DNA from: Methylibium sp.
GTDB lineage: Bacteria; Pseudomonadota; Gammaproteobacteria; Burkholderiales; Burkholderiaceae_C
Assembly (NCBI RefSeq): GCF_013817365.1
Contig: NZ_JACDCU010000001.1
Location: forward strand, 1-48,746
Direction: 5' to 3'
Length of the DNA: 48,746 nt
Shown: one piece after another, positions 36,986-48,645 of the stretch
Position numbering within the stretch: the first letter of the stretch is position 1
Layout: each line of letters starts with the position of its first letter
The notes under the pieces: model-generated
What the model was told of the DNA's origin: nothing
The model's database searches: none
Seen by the model: the letters and a program-made list of their open reading frames with translations, nothing else
Translations under genes and position numbers: made by a program

Positions 36986-37666
36986 TTACTCAATCGACTT
37001 GCGGACCTCGGCCGACGCTAGGCTCTCGATATTGGCGGAGTTGTACGCGGCAACGACCAGATAATAAGTGCTTGCGGGCAACCCCTTCAGCACGTGGTTC
37101 AACTTGTGAGGATCGTCGATCTCAACAGTGTTTGAGTAGCTGCCGCTACTCGTGCCATACCGAACCCGGTAGCCCGCCAGATCGGTCAGCGGTGACCCGT
37201 CTGCATTGGTCTGGGGTGCGATCCACGCCAGCGTGATGTTGCCGCTCTGCGTCGTGGGCCGTGTGTGCGGCGCTGTCGGCGCTTCGACGTCGCCAGTCTG
37301 CGCCACTGAGACGCTGCAGGTCTTCACCTTCCCAGGTACTGGGTCGCCGAAAACGCTGTTTGTGCAACGAACCTTGCCGTTGTAGGTTGCGTACTTGTAC
37401 AAACCACCGCTGCCATAGCGGACTTTGCGCGTGCCGCTGAAGCTGCACATGCCCTGCTCACTGGAACAGAAGCTCCACGCAGCTGCCATTGCGTCAGAAG
37501 AGTCTTCCCTGGCCAGGCTGGCTTCGGCAGGCCCGTCGCTGTCGTTTAGGGCGGTCGTCGCCTTGGCGTCACCACCATTGCTCCCGCCGCAGGCGGAAAG
37601 CATGAGGACGCAAGCGGTCAGAAGCGATGCAAGGATTGAAGTTCGATCGTGGCGTAGCTCAGTCAT
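36986..37666 (-). CDS. Lipoprotein with a Cys-rich module and a C-terminal fibronectin type III domain
   Basis: GAGGAA RBS before ATG 37666; lipobox LSAC-GG; four-Cys module (37316-37477); FN3 motifs ITLAW, LAGYRVRYG, L..STYYLVVAAYN...ES..S. Confidence 0.82.
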   Translation of the reverse strand: MTELRHDRTSILASLLTACVLMLSACGGSNGGDAKATTALNDSDGPAEASLAREDSSDAMAAAWSFCSSEQGMCSFSGTRKVRYGSGGLYKYATYNGKVRCTNSVFGDPVPGKVKTCSVSVAQTGDVEAPTAPHTRPTTQSGNITLAWIAPQTNADGSPLTDLAGYRVRYGTSSGSYSNTVEIDDPHKLNHVLKGLPASTYYLVVAAYNSANIESLASAEVRKSIE

Positions 37667-38160
37667 GACTTTCCTCGGGCGCAGAGTCCTCCTAATAACG
37701 GCGGCTTCCGAGGCGGGCTTAAACGCTCTTGCGTTACAAAACGCAGTGACTGCGTAATGATGGGCGTGTCGGTGCGGCCTAGCACCGTGCCGACGAAGGG
37801 CGAGCGGACAGCAGCGAACGCTGGCCGCTTCGCCCGGTGGCTGATGAAATTCACGAGGAGCCTCCGCAAAGCCGCTTCGAATCTGTGTCGAAACTGGTGC
37901 GGAGGATGGTGACTGCACCCGGCTCTCCGTACGGTAAGCACCTGTTGGATGTGCGACTGCGCGCAAGCATCAGCCGGGCAAGGCTCGGATCGACACTACT
38001 GCGGCATGGCGGCGTTTGCGTGACCGATTTCATGTGCACCTCGGTCAGGTGCCCCGATTCACCAATGCTTCGCCGCCGCCACCTCGGAACGTTATGTTGC
38101 AATCCTCGTCATATCATCCGCCACGCAAGATTCGAAACCTGGATATGGAAGGCTGATTCG

Positions 38161-38856
38161 ATGATGTTTGCTCCGACCCGCCGCGCCCTTTTGATGTCGA
38201 CACTGATGTGTACGGCCGCTGCAGGCGCCTATGCGCTGCGCCCAAGCAAGAACCGGACGTCTTCCGCCGTCGAACCGACCGTTGACCTCGAACTGCTGGT
38301 TCCGAAGCAATTCGGGGATTGGCGTGAAGAGGCGCAGCAAGTCGCCCAGGTGGTCAACCCGCAGACGCAGGAACTGCTGGACAAGCTGTACAACCAGATC
38401 CTGTCGCGCAACTACGTCAGCAAGGGCGGCGAGCGCATCATGTTGTCGCTGGCCTACGGCGGCGACCAGCGCGGCTCGCTGGAGGCCCACAAGCCCGAGG
38501 TCTGCTATCCGGCGCAAGGCTTCCAAGTGCTCGCGCAGTCCGACGGCACGCTCGGCACCGCCTACGGGAGCATTCCGGTTCGGCGCCTCAACACCAGCAT
38601 GGGTCGCCGGGTCGAGCCGCTGACGTACTGGTTCACCGTGGGCGAAAGCACTGTGCAGAGCCGTTGGGAGAAGCGACTGGTCGAAATCAGGCTTACCCTG
38701 ACGGGGCAGATTCCCGACGGCTTGCTGTTCCGGGTCTCGTCGATCGACCCCGACCCTGCTCACGCCTGGAAGGTGCAGGAGCAGTTCGTCAATGCACTGC
38801 TGAGCGCCGTCGAGGCCAAGGACCGGGCCCGGCTCGCCGGCTTGTCCGTCGCCTGA
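38161..38856 (+). CDS. epsI: Exosortase-associated protein EpsI (B type)
   Basis: LVPKQFGDW, LYNQILSRNY, IMLSLAYGGDQ, HKPEVCYPAQGF, EPLTYW, IPDGLLFRVSSI. Confidence 0.92.
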   Translation: MMFAPTRRALLMSTLMCTAAAGAYALRPSKNRTSSAVEPTVDLELLVPKQFGDWREEAQQVAQVVNPQTQELLDKLYNQILSRNYVSKGGERIMLSLAYGGDQRGSLEAHKPEVCYPAQGFQVLAQSDGTLGTAYGSIPVRRLNTSMGRRVEPLTYWFTVGESTVQSRWEKRLVEIRLTLTGQIPDGLLFRVSSIDPDPAHAWKVQEQFVNALLSAVEAKDRARLAGLSVA

Positions 38857-38900
38857 GGACCGAGCTGGTCAATGCCCGCTTCTGGGGCCGCGACCGGCCC

Positions 38901-40244
38901 TTACTGCAACCGCAGCGCCGCCGAGCAGTAAGCGGTGGTGGCGTCGTAGCCGAACGAGCCGGTGCTCGTGGAGATTTCGGTGTCCCGGCTGTAGTACGCC
39001 AGGCCGCAACCGAGGCTCCATGCGCGGCTGATTGCATAGCTGGCCGCCAAGCGCAGGGATTTGGTGTTGCCGGTGCTGTCGCTGTCGTCGTCCGCGCCTT
39101 CGACGAAGCGGGTGTCGTAGCGATCGCGTGAATAACCGACGCTGGCATTCACGACGATCTTCGCCGTCGCCTCCCAGTTGGCGCTGACGTTTAGGGAATC
39201 GCTGCGCCGGGCGTCGGTCAGGTAGGAGACTGTGCCTGTCTGCGTCGGTGCCGGTGCCAGAGGATCGCTCGGTGCGAGGAACTCGTCGGGGAGAAAGCGG
39301 CTGCCGGTGCCCGTTCCCGTGTTGCGCGACAGGCTCGTCGTGACGGTGGTCTTGCCGGTGGCCGCATATACCCAGTTGAGCGCGCCGGTGATCCCGTTGA
39401 AGTCGCGCGCCGTCACCAGATCGTGTTCTTCGTCGGTATGGCTGATCCGCGCACTCAGGACGCTGCGGCCGGTCGCTTGGTATTGAGCGGTCAGGTCGAT
39501 GTCGCGGCGATCGTAGTCGTCGGGAACGGTTTCTCCCGTGTTGAGGTCGACCGTGTCGGGATACTCGCCTTCGGTGAAGCGGGCGGTCAGGCCGAACGAC
39601 CATGGCCCGCCCGGGCGAAAGCGCAGGCCGCCGCCCACCGTGGAACTCTTGCGATCACGGCTGGAAAAGCCGCCATCGGAGTAACTGATGTCGGTGTGGT
39701 TGGCGAGCGCCTCGAGACCGACGACGCCGCGGCCGTACTGCGCGCTGAGATCGAGCACGTTCGCCTGCTCGCGGTTCTTGCCTGTCCGGTCGGCCGAGAA
39801 ACTGCCGTAGTCGGCAAAACTGGCCTGGTTCTGCGAGGCGCGCACGCGCGCAGTGCCGTTCAGGCGCGAGCCGGCTTCCCAGGCCAGGCCGAGCATCAGG
39901 TTGTAGCCAAGGCCGTTGAGCTGGTCGTTGTCCTGGTAGACATTGCCGCTCACGCCGGCGTTGCCGAAGACGCGCTGGCGCCCGATCTGCTGGTCGAAGC
40001 CACCGGTCAGCGCCGTGCTCGAAATGACGTCGCTGTCCTCGTCGCGCTGCGCTCGGAACAAATTGGAGTCGTAGCTCAGCGTCTGCGATACCTGAACGTA
40101 GTACGGCCTCAGCGGCGAATCCAGGCCTTCCGGAAGCACCAACTGCGCGCTCACCGGGCCGGCGATCAGCAGCGAAGCCATAGCGCCGGCCAGGGATGCC
40201 AAAGGTAGTTTGCGAAAGCTCGTGCGGCGGGGCGTGCGGTTCAT
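38901..40244 (-). CDS. epsL: Outer-membrane beta-barrel protein, EpsL-like (XrtB-associated polysaccharide export)
   Basis: AGGAGA RBS before ATG 40244; signal peptide; YDSNLFR, IGRQR, W.ATGKT and W.ATAK amphipathic strands; co-oriented with wcaJ. Confidence 0.75.
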   Translation of the reverse strand: MNRTPRRTSFRKLPLASLAGAMASLLIAGPVSAQLVLPEGLDSPLRPYYVQVSQTLSYDSNLFRAQRDEDSDVISSTALTGGFDQQIGRQRVFGNAGVSGNVYQDNDQLNGLGYNLMLGLAWEAGSRLNGTARVRASQNQASFADYGSFSADRTGKNREQANVLDLSAQYGRGVVGLEALANHTDISYSDGGFSSRDRKSSTVGGGLRFRPGGPWSFGLTARFTEGEYPDTVDLNTGETVPDDYDRRDIDLTAQYQATGRSVLSARISHTDEEHDLVTARDFNGITGALNWVYAATGKTTVTTSLSRNTGTGTGSRFLPDEFLAPSDPLAPAPTQTGTVSYLTDARRSDSLNVSANWEATAKIVVNASVGYSRDRYDTRFVEGADDDSDSTGNTKSLRLAASYAISRAWSLGCGLAYYSRDTEISTSTGSFGYDATTAYCSAALRLQ

Positions 40245-40278
40245 CGGGTCTCCTAGATTGGTTCGGCGTTGTTCTTCT

Positions 40279-41670
40279 TCAATAGGCGTGGCTGTCGAAC
40301 AGCAGCAGCCGCACGGTGCGCGCAATGATCTGCAGATCGAGCCCCAGCGACCAGTTGCGCAGGTATTCCAGATCGAACTCCACGCGCGCACGCATCTTCT
40401 CGATCGTATCGGTTTCCCCGCGCAGGCCGTTGACCTGCGCCCATCCGGTGATGCCCGGCTTGACCTTGTGGCGAACCATGTAGGCCTTGATGAGCTCGCG
40501 GTAAAGCTCGTTGTGCGCAACCGCGTGAGGCCGCGGCCCGACGATGCTCATGTGGCCTTGCAGCACATTGAAGAACTGCGGCAGCTCGTCGAGAGAGGTG
40601 CGCCGCAGGAAAGCGCCGAAGCGCGTGACGCGCGGGTCATGGCGCGTGGCCTGCGGCACCGTGTCGCCGTCGTCCTGGGCGGTCATCGAGCGGAATTTAT
40701 AGACCGTGATCTCCTCGCCGTCCAAGCCGTTGCGGCGCTGCTTGAAGATCACCGGGCCGGGCGAGCTGAGCTTCACGCCGATGGCAATGAGCACCAGCAG
40801 CGGCGAGATGAGCACCAGGATCAAGACGGACAGCGCGACGTCCGACAGGCGCTTGACCATGTCGTTGGTGCCGGTGAAGGGCGTCTCGCAGATGCCCACG
40901 ACCGGCACGCCGTTCATGTCCTGCAGGCGGCCCTGGATGATGCTGATGCCGAACACGTCCGGCACGAAGAACAGCGACGCCGTGGTGCCTTGCACCGACT
41001 CGAGCAGGCGCACGATGCGCGGCTGCGAGCCGAGCGGCAGGGTGATGTAGACCTCGCGGATGCCGTGCGCCACCACGTAGGGTGCCACGTCGGCCAGCGT
41101 GCCCAGCCGCCGGCTCGCGGTTTCAACGTCGACGCGCTCGTCGGTGCGGTCGTCGAAGTAGCCGATCACGTCGATCAGCGCGTCGTCGCGGCTGGCCAGG
41201 GCCCGCGCCACCTTGACGCCCAGCGGTCCCGCCCCGACGATGATGGCGGCACGGCGGTTGTGCGGAAGCCGCGCGCTGTGCCGGATGGCGAGCCGCCCGA
41301 TCGTCACCGCGATCCAGAGCAACACCGGCGTCGCCACCGTCCAGACCAGGAGCACTTCGTTCTCGAAGTAATTCAGACTGCGCGTCGCATAGCCGCACAA
41401 GGCGAGCACCAGCAGCAGGCTGATCCACGATTGCAGGATGTCGACCGCAGCGGCCAGGCCGCTGTCGCGGAAGCGGTTGCGGCCGGGAAACGTCAGCGCG
41501 AAGACCAGCAGGCAGACCGTCAGCGTCGAGCGCAGCACCGGCTCGTCGTAGGCGAGGGTCACGCCCAGGAAGCAAGCGACGGTGATCGAGGGCTCGAGCA
41601 GCGCGGCCACGAACGACGTGACGGATTGCGGGGCGCTGTAGAACGTCCTCTTGTTGCGGTCTTCGAACAT
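40279..41670 (-). CDS. wcaJ: Undecaprenyl-phosphate glucose phosphotransferase (WcaJ/EpsB initiating transferase)
   Basis: [65 protein letters not shown]; start placed at ATG 41670. Confidence 0.95.
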   Translation of the reverse strand: MFEDRNKRTFYSAPQSVTSFVAALLEPSITVACFLGVTLAYDEPVLRSTLTVCLLVFALTFPGRNRFRDSGLAAAVDILQSWISLLLVLALCGYATRSLNYFENEVLLVWTVATPVLLWIAVTIGRLAIRHSARLPHNRRAAIIVGAGPLGVKVARALASRDDALIDVIGYFDDRTDERVDVETASRRLGTLADVAPYVVAHGIREVYITLPLGSQPRIVRLLESVQGTTASLFFVPDVFGISIIQGRLQDMNGVPVVGICETPFTGTNDMVKRLSDVALSVLILVLISPLLVLIAIGVKLSSPGPVIFKQRRNGLDGEEITVYKFRSMTAQDDGDTVPQATRHDPRVTRFGAFLRRTSLDELPQFFNVLQGHMSIVGPRPHAVAHNELYRELIKAYMVRHKVKPGITGWAQVNGLRGETDTIEKMRARVEFDLEYLRNWSLGLDLQIIARTVRLLLFDSHAY

Positions 41671-41836
41671 GCAGGTGGTCGGTGGCGGTTCGTCTCGGTC
41701 GGCACGGCCGCAGACGCACACGGGCCGGCCTTGACCGAAAGGGATTGTCGCTAAAAAGCGGGGGCGGTCCTCCCCGTGCACAGGGGTGCGGGTTGCGCGC
41801 CACAGTTACGGTGTGTTGCCGCACGCACCCGGCCCC

Positions 41837-41842
41837 TACAAT
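41837..41842 (+). promoter_or_regulatory. Candidate sigma70 -10 box (TACAAT) for ubiJ-ubiB
   Basis: TACAAT 7 bp before the GTG at 41850; TTGCCG at 41816 gives only a 15-bp spacer. Confidence 0.35.
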
Positions 41843-41849
41843 CTTTTTC

Positions 41850-42410
41850 GTGCCGATATCACTACCGTTCTCGCTCATGCCGCCCGTGCTGGACCGCGCG
41901 CTGTTGTGGCTCAACCATGTGTTGGCCGCGGAGCCGGCGGCGACCGCACGTCTGGCTGCGCATGCCGGGCGCAAGGTCACCGTGCAGTGGCAGGGGCCCG
42001 CAGGTCCGTGGCCCTTGCCCTTGCCCCCCGATGTGGTGCTGCGCATCACGCCCGCCGGCTTGTGCGAAAGCGTCGAGGGCGAGCCCGACACGGCTCTCCC
42101 GTCGGCGACAGGCCTGCGCGTCACGGTCGTCTTGCCGGCGCCGCACCAGTTGCCGGGCCTGTGGCTCACCGGCAAGCGGCCGCCGGTAAATGTGGAGGGC
42201 GATGCGCAGTTCGCCGCCGATGTGGCCTGGCTCGCGGAGAACCTGCGCTGGGATGTCGAGCACGATCTTTCGCGCTTCGTCGGCGACGCGGCGGCTCACG
42301 AGCTGATGCGCTTCGGCGCGGCACTGCGTGACGGGTTGCGCGGCGCCGCGCGCGGTGCGGGCGACCTCTGGAGTCAGCGCCCTGGCGCCCGTGCAGCGAC
42401 CTCGCGATGA
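41850..42410 (+). CDS. ubiJ: UbiJ-like SCP2-domain ubiquinone biosynthesis accessory protein
   Basis: [41 protein letters not shown]; ATGA-coupled to ubiB. Start is GTG 41850 or ATG 41877. Confidence 0.82.
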   Translation: MPISLPFSLMPPVLDRALLWLNHVLAAEPAATARLAAHAGRKVTVQWQGPAGPWPLPLPPDVVLRITPAGLCESVEGEPDTALPSATGLRVTVVLPAPHQLPGLWLTGKRPPVNVEGDAQFAADVAWLAENLRWDVEHDLSRFVGDAAAHELMRFGAALRDGLRGAARGAGDLWSQRPGARAATSR

Positions 42411-43978
42411 GGCACTTGCTGCGCCTGGGCTTCATCACGCTCACGGTTCTGCGTTTCGGGCTCGACGAGCTCGCGCTGTCAAGCTTCAAGCACCGTTGGT
42501 TGCGCGCGCTGGCGCGCATCGTGGCCACCGGCCGCCGGCTCGATGCGCCACGCGGGCAACGCCTGCGCCATGCGCTCGAGCGGCTCGGGCCGATCTTCGT
42601 GAAGTTCGGGCAGGTGCTGTCGACGCGGCGCGATCTGCTCCCTGAAGACATTGCCGACGAGTTGACCAAGCTGCAGGACGCGGTGCCGCCGTTTCCCGCC
42701 GAGCAGGCCGCCGCGTTGGTCGAGGCCGCGTTCCGCCGGCCGCTGACCGACATCTTCGCCAGTTTCGACCGCGAGCCCGTCGCCAGCGCCTCGATCGCGC
42801 AGGTGCATTTCGCGGTGCTGCGCGACGGGCGAGAGGTGGCGGTGAAGGTGCTGCGCCCCGGCATGCTGTCGGTGATCGACGACGATCTGTCCTTGCTGCG
42901 CACCCTGGCCGGCTGGGTCGAGCGCAATTCGTCCGACGGCAAGCGGCTCAAGCCGCGCGAGGTGGTGGCCGAGTTCAGCAACTACCTGCACGACGAGCTC
43001 GACCTGGTGCGCGAGGCGGCCAACGGCGCGCAACTGCGCCGCAACATGGAGCCGCTGGGCCTGCTGATGATCCCGGAGATGGTGTGGGATCTGTGCACCT
43101 CCACCGTGATCGTGATGGAGCGGATGACGGGCGTGCCGATCGGCCAGACCGCGCGTCTGCGCGCCGCCGGCGTCGATTTCAAGAAGCTGGCGCGCGACGG
43201 CGTCACCATCTTCTTCACCCAGGTGTTTCGCGACGGCTTTTTCCATGCCGACATGCACCCCGGCAACATCCAGGTCAGCCTCGCGCCGCAGACCTTCGGG
43301 CGCTACATCGCGCTCGATTTCGGGATCATCGGCACGCTGACCGAAAGCGACAAGGACTACCTGGCGCAGAACTTCATCGCCTTCTTCCGACGCGACTACA
43401 AGCGCGTGGCCGAGTTGCACCTCGAGTCGGGCTGGGTGCCACCCGGCACGCGGATCGGTGACCTCGAAGGCGCGGTGCGCGCCTGCTGCGAGCCCTATTT
43501 CGACCGGCCCCTGAGCGAGATTTCGCTCGGCCAGGTGCTGCTGCGGCTGTTCCAGACCTCGCGCCGCTTCAACGTCGAGATCCAGCCGCAGCTCGTGCTG
43601 CTGCAAAAGACGCTGCTCAACATCGAAGGCCTGGGCCGCCAGCTCGACCCCGAGCTCGACCTGTGGAGCACGGCCAAGCCTTTCCTGGAGCGCTGGATGG
43701 CCGAGCAGATCGGCTGGCGCGGCTTGCTGGAGCGCTTCAAGGACGAGGCGCCGCGCTACGCCAAGCTCACGCCCGAGCTGCCGCGGCTACTGCACGATGC
43801 GTTGGCCTCGCACATCAAGCTGGGCAACCAGAACGAACTGGTTGGTCTGCTCAAGACCCTGCTGAAGGAGCAGCACCGCACGCATCGCCTGATGCGCGCA
43901 ATCCTTTACGGCAGTGTCGCCTTGCTGCTCGGCGCGCTCGCCGTGCAGTTCATGCCGCCGGGGACGTTCTTCCGCTGA
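42407..43978 (+). CDS. ubiB: Ubiquinone biosynthesis protein kinase-like UbiB
   Basis: [52 protein letters not shown]. Confidence 0.97.
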   Translation: MRHLLRLGFITLTVLRFGLDELALSSFKHRWLRALARIVATGRRLDAPRGQRLRHALERLGPIFVKFGQVLSTRRDLLPEDIADELTKLQDAVPPFPAEQAAALVEAAFRRPLTDIFASFDREPVASASIAQVHFAVLRDGREVAVKVLRPGMLSVIDDDLSLLRTLAGWVERNSSDGKRLKPREVVAEFSNYLHDELDLVREAANGAQLRRNMEPLGLLMIPEMVWDLCTSTVIVMERMTGVPIGQTARLRAAGVDFKKLARDGVTIFFTQVFRDGFFHADMHPGNIQVSLAPQTFGRYIALDFGIIGTLTESDKDYLAQNFIAFFRRDYKRVAELHLESGWVPPGTRIGDLEGAVRACCEPYFDRPLSEISLGQVLLRLFQTSRRFNVEIQPQLVLLQKTLLNIEGLGRQLDPELDLWSTAKPFLERWMAEQIGWRGLLERFKDEAPRYAKLTPELPRLLHDALASHIKLGNQNELVGLLKTLLKEQHRTHRLMRAILYGSVALLLGALAVQFMPPGTFFR

Positions 43979-44054
43979 AGCTTGCAGGGCACCGCCTTAC
44001 ACTGCCGCCGCACCGAAACGGCCGACGGCTGGCGTCGGCTTCCGGAGAACCCAA

Positions 44055-45512
44055 GTGCTGATTGCCTTCGTCGTTGTCTACATGCTGGTCACGATCGGCA
44101 TCGGCCTTTTCGCCGCACGCAAGGTGCACAGCCCGAAGGACTATCTCGTTGCCGGGCGCAGCCTGCCGCTGTACATGAACGTGGCGACCGTGTTCGCCAC
44201 CTGGTTCGGGGCCGAGACGGTGTTGTCGGTATCGGCCACTTTCGCCCAGGACGGCCTGGCCGGCATTCCGGGCGATCCCTTCGGCGCCTCGTTTTGCCTG
44301 GTGCTGGCCGCGCTGCTGTTCGCGCGGCTGTTCTACCGCATGAACCTGCTGACCATCGGCGATTTCTACAAGCAGCGCTACGGCAAGTCGGTCGAGGTGC
44401 TCACCAGTTTGGCCATCACGCTGTCCTACCTGGGCTGGACCTCGGCGCAGATGACCGCGCTCGGCCTGGTCATGCACGTGCTGTCCGGCGGCGCGCTCGA
44501 CCTCGATACGGCCATTGTTTGCGGCGCGGCGGTCGTGCTGATTTACACCGTGTTCGGCGGCATGTGGTCGGTTGCCTTCACCGATTTGTTCCAGACCGTC
44601 ATCATCGTGATCGGCCTAAGCCTGGTGGCGGCGCTGGTCGGCGACTTGGCCGGCGGCCCGGCCAAGGTGATCGCTCAGGCCGCCGCCGAGGGCAAGTTCG
44701 ACTTCTTTCCCGCCGCCGGCGACAGCGCAGGCTGGTGGGCCATGGCCGGCGCCTTCTTCGCTTTCGCCTTCGGCTCGATTCCCCAGCAGGACGTGTTCCA
44801 GCGCATGACCAGCGCCAAGGACGAGAAGACCGCCGTGCGCGGCACCCTGATCGGTGCGCTGATCTATTTCTGCTTTGCCTTCGTGCCGATCTTCATCGCG
44901 TATTCGGCACTGGTCACCGACCCGTCGCTGGGCGGGCTGTTCGCCGACGAGGACGGGCGCGTGATCCAGCGCATCCTGCCGGACCTGGTGCTGAGTCGGA
45001 TGCCGCTGTGGGCTCAGGTGATGTTCTTCGGCGCACTGCTCTCGGCCATCTTGTCCACCGCCAGCGGCGCGCTGCTCGCCCCCACCGCGACCTTCACCGG
45101 CAACGTGCTGCGGCCTTTCTTGCCCGGCATGACCGAGCGGCGGTTCCTGCTCGTCCTGCGTGTCGTGCTGGTCACCTTCACGGCCTGCGCCTTGCTGTTC
45201 GCGCTCAACAGCACCAGCACCATGTACGAGATGGTGCAAAACGCCTACAACGTCACGCTGGCCGGCGCTTTCGTGCCTTTGCTTGCGGGCGCCTACTGGA
45301 AGCGCGCGACGACGCAGGGCGCCTTGCTGTCCATCGTGTTCGGCATCGGCAGCTGGCTGGTCTGCGACCACCTCTTCGCCGATGCGCTGGTGCCGCCGAA
45401 CCTCATCGGCCTGGCGTTCTCGACCGTGTTCATGCTGGTCGGCTCGCTGGCCCCGCAGCTTGTGGCGGATCACCGGCACGATCCCCTGCCGTTACGAGGG
45501 CGGCCTATATAA
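44055..45512 (+). CDS. Sodium:solute symporter family protein
   Basis: DYLVAGRSLP, FATWFGAET, YTVFGGMWSVAFTD, QQDVFQR, SAILSTAS; GGAGA RBS before GTG 44055. Confidence 0.92.
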   Translation: MLIAFVVVYMLVTIGIGLFAARKVHSPKDYLVAGRSLPLYMNVATVFATWFGAETVLSVSATFAQDGLAGIPGDPFGASFCLVLAALLFARLFYRMNLLTIGDFYKQRYGKSVEVLTSLAITLSYLGWTSAQMTALGLVMHVLSGGALDLDTAIVCGAAVVLIYTVFGGMWSVAFTDLFQTVIIVIGLSLVAALVGDLAGGPAKVIAQAAAEGKFDFFPAAGDSAGWWAMAGAFFAFAFGSIPQQDVFQRMTSAKDEKTAVRGTLIGALIYFCFAFVPIFIAYSALVTDPSLGGLFADEDGRVIQRILPDLVLSRMPLWAQVMFFGALLSAILSTASGALLAPTATFTGNVLRPFLPGMTERRFLLVLRVVLVTFTACALLFALNSTSTMYEMVQNAYNVTLAGAFVPLLAGAYWKRATTQGALLSIVFGIGSWLVCDHLFADALVPPNLIGLAFSTVFMLVGSLAPQLVADHRHDPLPLRGRPI

Positions 45513-45540
45513 TTTCTGGTTTATTTTCAAGGGCCTGGCC

Positions 45541-45915
45541 ATGCCGATCTACGCTTACCGGTGCGACGCCTGCGGCCACGCAAAAGACGTTCTGCAGAAG
45601 GTGTCCGATCCGCTGCTGAGCACCTGCCCGGCCTGCGGTGCCGAAGCCTTCAAGAAGCAGCTCACGGCTGCGGGGTTCCAGCTCAAGGGCTCCGGCTGGT
45701 ATGCGACCGACTTCCGCAACGGCACTCAGCCCAAGCCGGCGGCGGACGCCGAAGCGGCCAAAACCGACGCTGCAACCCCCGCAGCGGATGCCCCTGCCGC
45801 GCCGGCCAAGGCGCCTGCGGCCGAGGGCGCCGCCTCCGCTCCGCCGAAGCCGTCGGCGCCGCCGGCTTCCACGGCGGGCGGCAGCGATAGCGGCAGCTCC
45901 TCTGCGGCCCGCTAG
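45541..45915 (+). CDS. FmdB-family zinc-ribbon protein
   Basis: MPIYAYRCDACG...CPACG...FQLKGSGWYATDF with an Ala/Pro-rich tail. Confidence 0.93.
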   Translation: MPIYAYRCDACGHAKDVLQKVSDPLLSTCPACGAEAFKKQLTAAGFQLKGSGWYATDFRNGTQPKPAADAEAAKTDAATPAADAPAAPAKAPAAEGAASAPPKPSAPPASTAGGSDSGSSSAAR

Positions 45916-45952
45916 CGCGACCACGCAACCGCGCTGCGGCTGAAGGAAACGC

Positions 45953-46609
45953 GTGAAGAGATACCTGATCGCCGGCCTGCTGGTCTGGCTGCCGCTGGCC
46001 ATCACCATCTGGGTGCTGCACTCGGTGCTGGGCCTGCTCGACGGCCTGTTCGCCTGGCTGCTGAGCGGCTCGCAGGCGCTGCTGCCCAATGCGGCGCACA
46101 CGCCGATCGAAATGCTCAAGCAGGTGCCCGGCCTGGGGGTGATCGTGATGGTGGCGGGGCTCATCGCCACCGGCATCTTCGCCACCAACATGGTCGGCCA
46201 GTGGTGGCTGACGCGCGGCAGCCGCTTGCTGGGCCGCATTCCGATCGTCAAATCGATTTACAGCTCGGTCAAGCAGGTTTCGGACACGCTGTTCTCGAGC
46301 AGCGGCAACGCCTTTCGCGAGGCGGTGCTGGTGCAGTACCCGCGTCAGGGCTCGTGGACCATCGCCTTCGTCACCGGCAAGCCGGGCGGCGAAGCCGGCG
46401 AGCATTTGCGCGGCGACTACCTGAGCCTGTACGTGCCGACCACGCCGAACCCGACCTCGGGCTTTTTCCTGATGGTGCCGCGCTCCGACGTGATCGAGCT
46501 GGCGATGAGCGTCGATGAGGCGCTCAAGTACATCATCTCCATGGGCGTGGTGGCGCCGCCGCCTGCGCTCGCCACGACTGCGGCGATGCCCCGCAACCAG
46601 ACCGGCTGA
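45953..46609 (+). CDS. DUF502 family membrane protein
   Basis: [45 protein letters not shown]; usual position upstream of aspS. Confidence 0.92.
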   Translation: MKRYLIAGLLVWLPLAITIWVLHSVLGLLDGLFAWLLSGSQALLPNAAHTPIEMLKQVPGLGVIVMVAGLIATGIFATNMVGQWWLTRGSRLLGRIPIVKSIYSSVKQVSDTLFSSSGNAFREAVLVQYPRQGSWTIAFVTGKPGGEAGEHLRGDYLSLYVPTTPNPTSGFFLMVPRSDVIELAMSVDEALKYIISMGVVAPPPALATTAAMPRNQTG

Positions 46610-46748
46610 GCGCGCAAAAGGCCGGCCGCAGTTGCGGACGGCCGGCCCGCGCGAAGGCTTTCGTGCTTGCAAGCCCAGAGGCCGGGTCTGCCGGCATCGC
46701 ACGGCCTCTTCGACCGCAGCACTGCAAACGAATTTCGAAAGCGACCCC

Positions 46749-48542
<1,794 letters not shown>

Positions 48543-48586
48543 GCCTCGGCAGGTTTCCGCGTCGCGATAAGACGGTGCTGGTGTTG

Positions 48587-48618
48587 CCCCCTCTTCCTGG
48601 GAGAGGGCGGGAGTGAGG
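48587..48618. repeat. REP-like palindromic element (CCCTCT..AGAGGG..GTGAGG type)
   Basis: CCCCCTCTTCCTGGGAGAGGGCGGGAGTGAGG: CCCTCT/AGAGGG stem plus tail, resembling a widespread proteobacterial extragenic repeat; only one copy in this window. Confidence 0.5.
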
Positions 48619-48645
48619 ACCGGCCGGCACTCCGCCGATGCGATC

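Noticed and set aside
37841-37895. CTGATGA...GAAAC, a hammerhead ribozyme-like core
   Set aside because: Stem II cannot close next to the two core motifs, and no stems I/III or cleavage triplet could be built.
38084-38102. Possible sigma54 promoter before epsI (CGGAACGTTATGTTGCA)
   Set aside because: GG and GC are 11 bp apart instead of the required 10; no convincing -24/-12 site was found upstream of epsD or wcaJ either.
45730-45915. Ala/Pro-rich quasi-repeats in the FmdB tail (also the EpsD tail)
   Set aside because: Low-complexity protein linkers, not DNA tandem repeats or a CRISPR array.
3391-46740. GAATTTC-like words upstream of epsD, the lipoprotein gene, the beta-helix gene and epsI as a shared regulator site
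   Set aside because: Short, degenerate, variably spaced, and also present before the unrelated aspS; not distinguishable from chance by eye.
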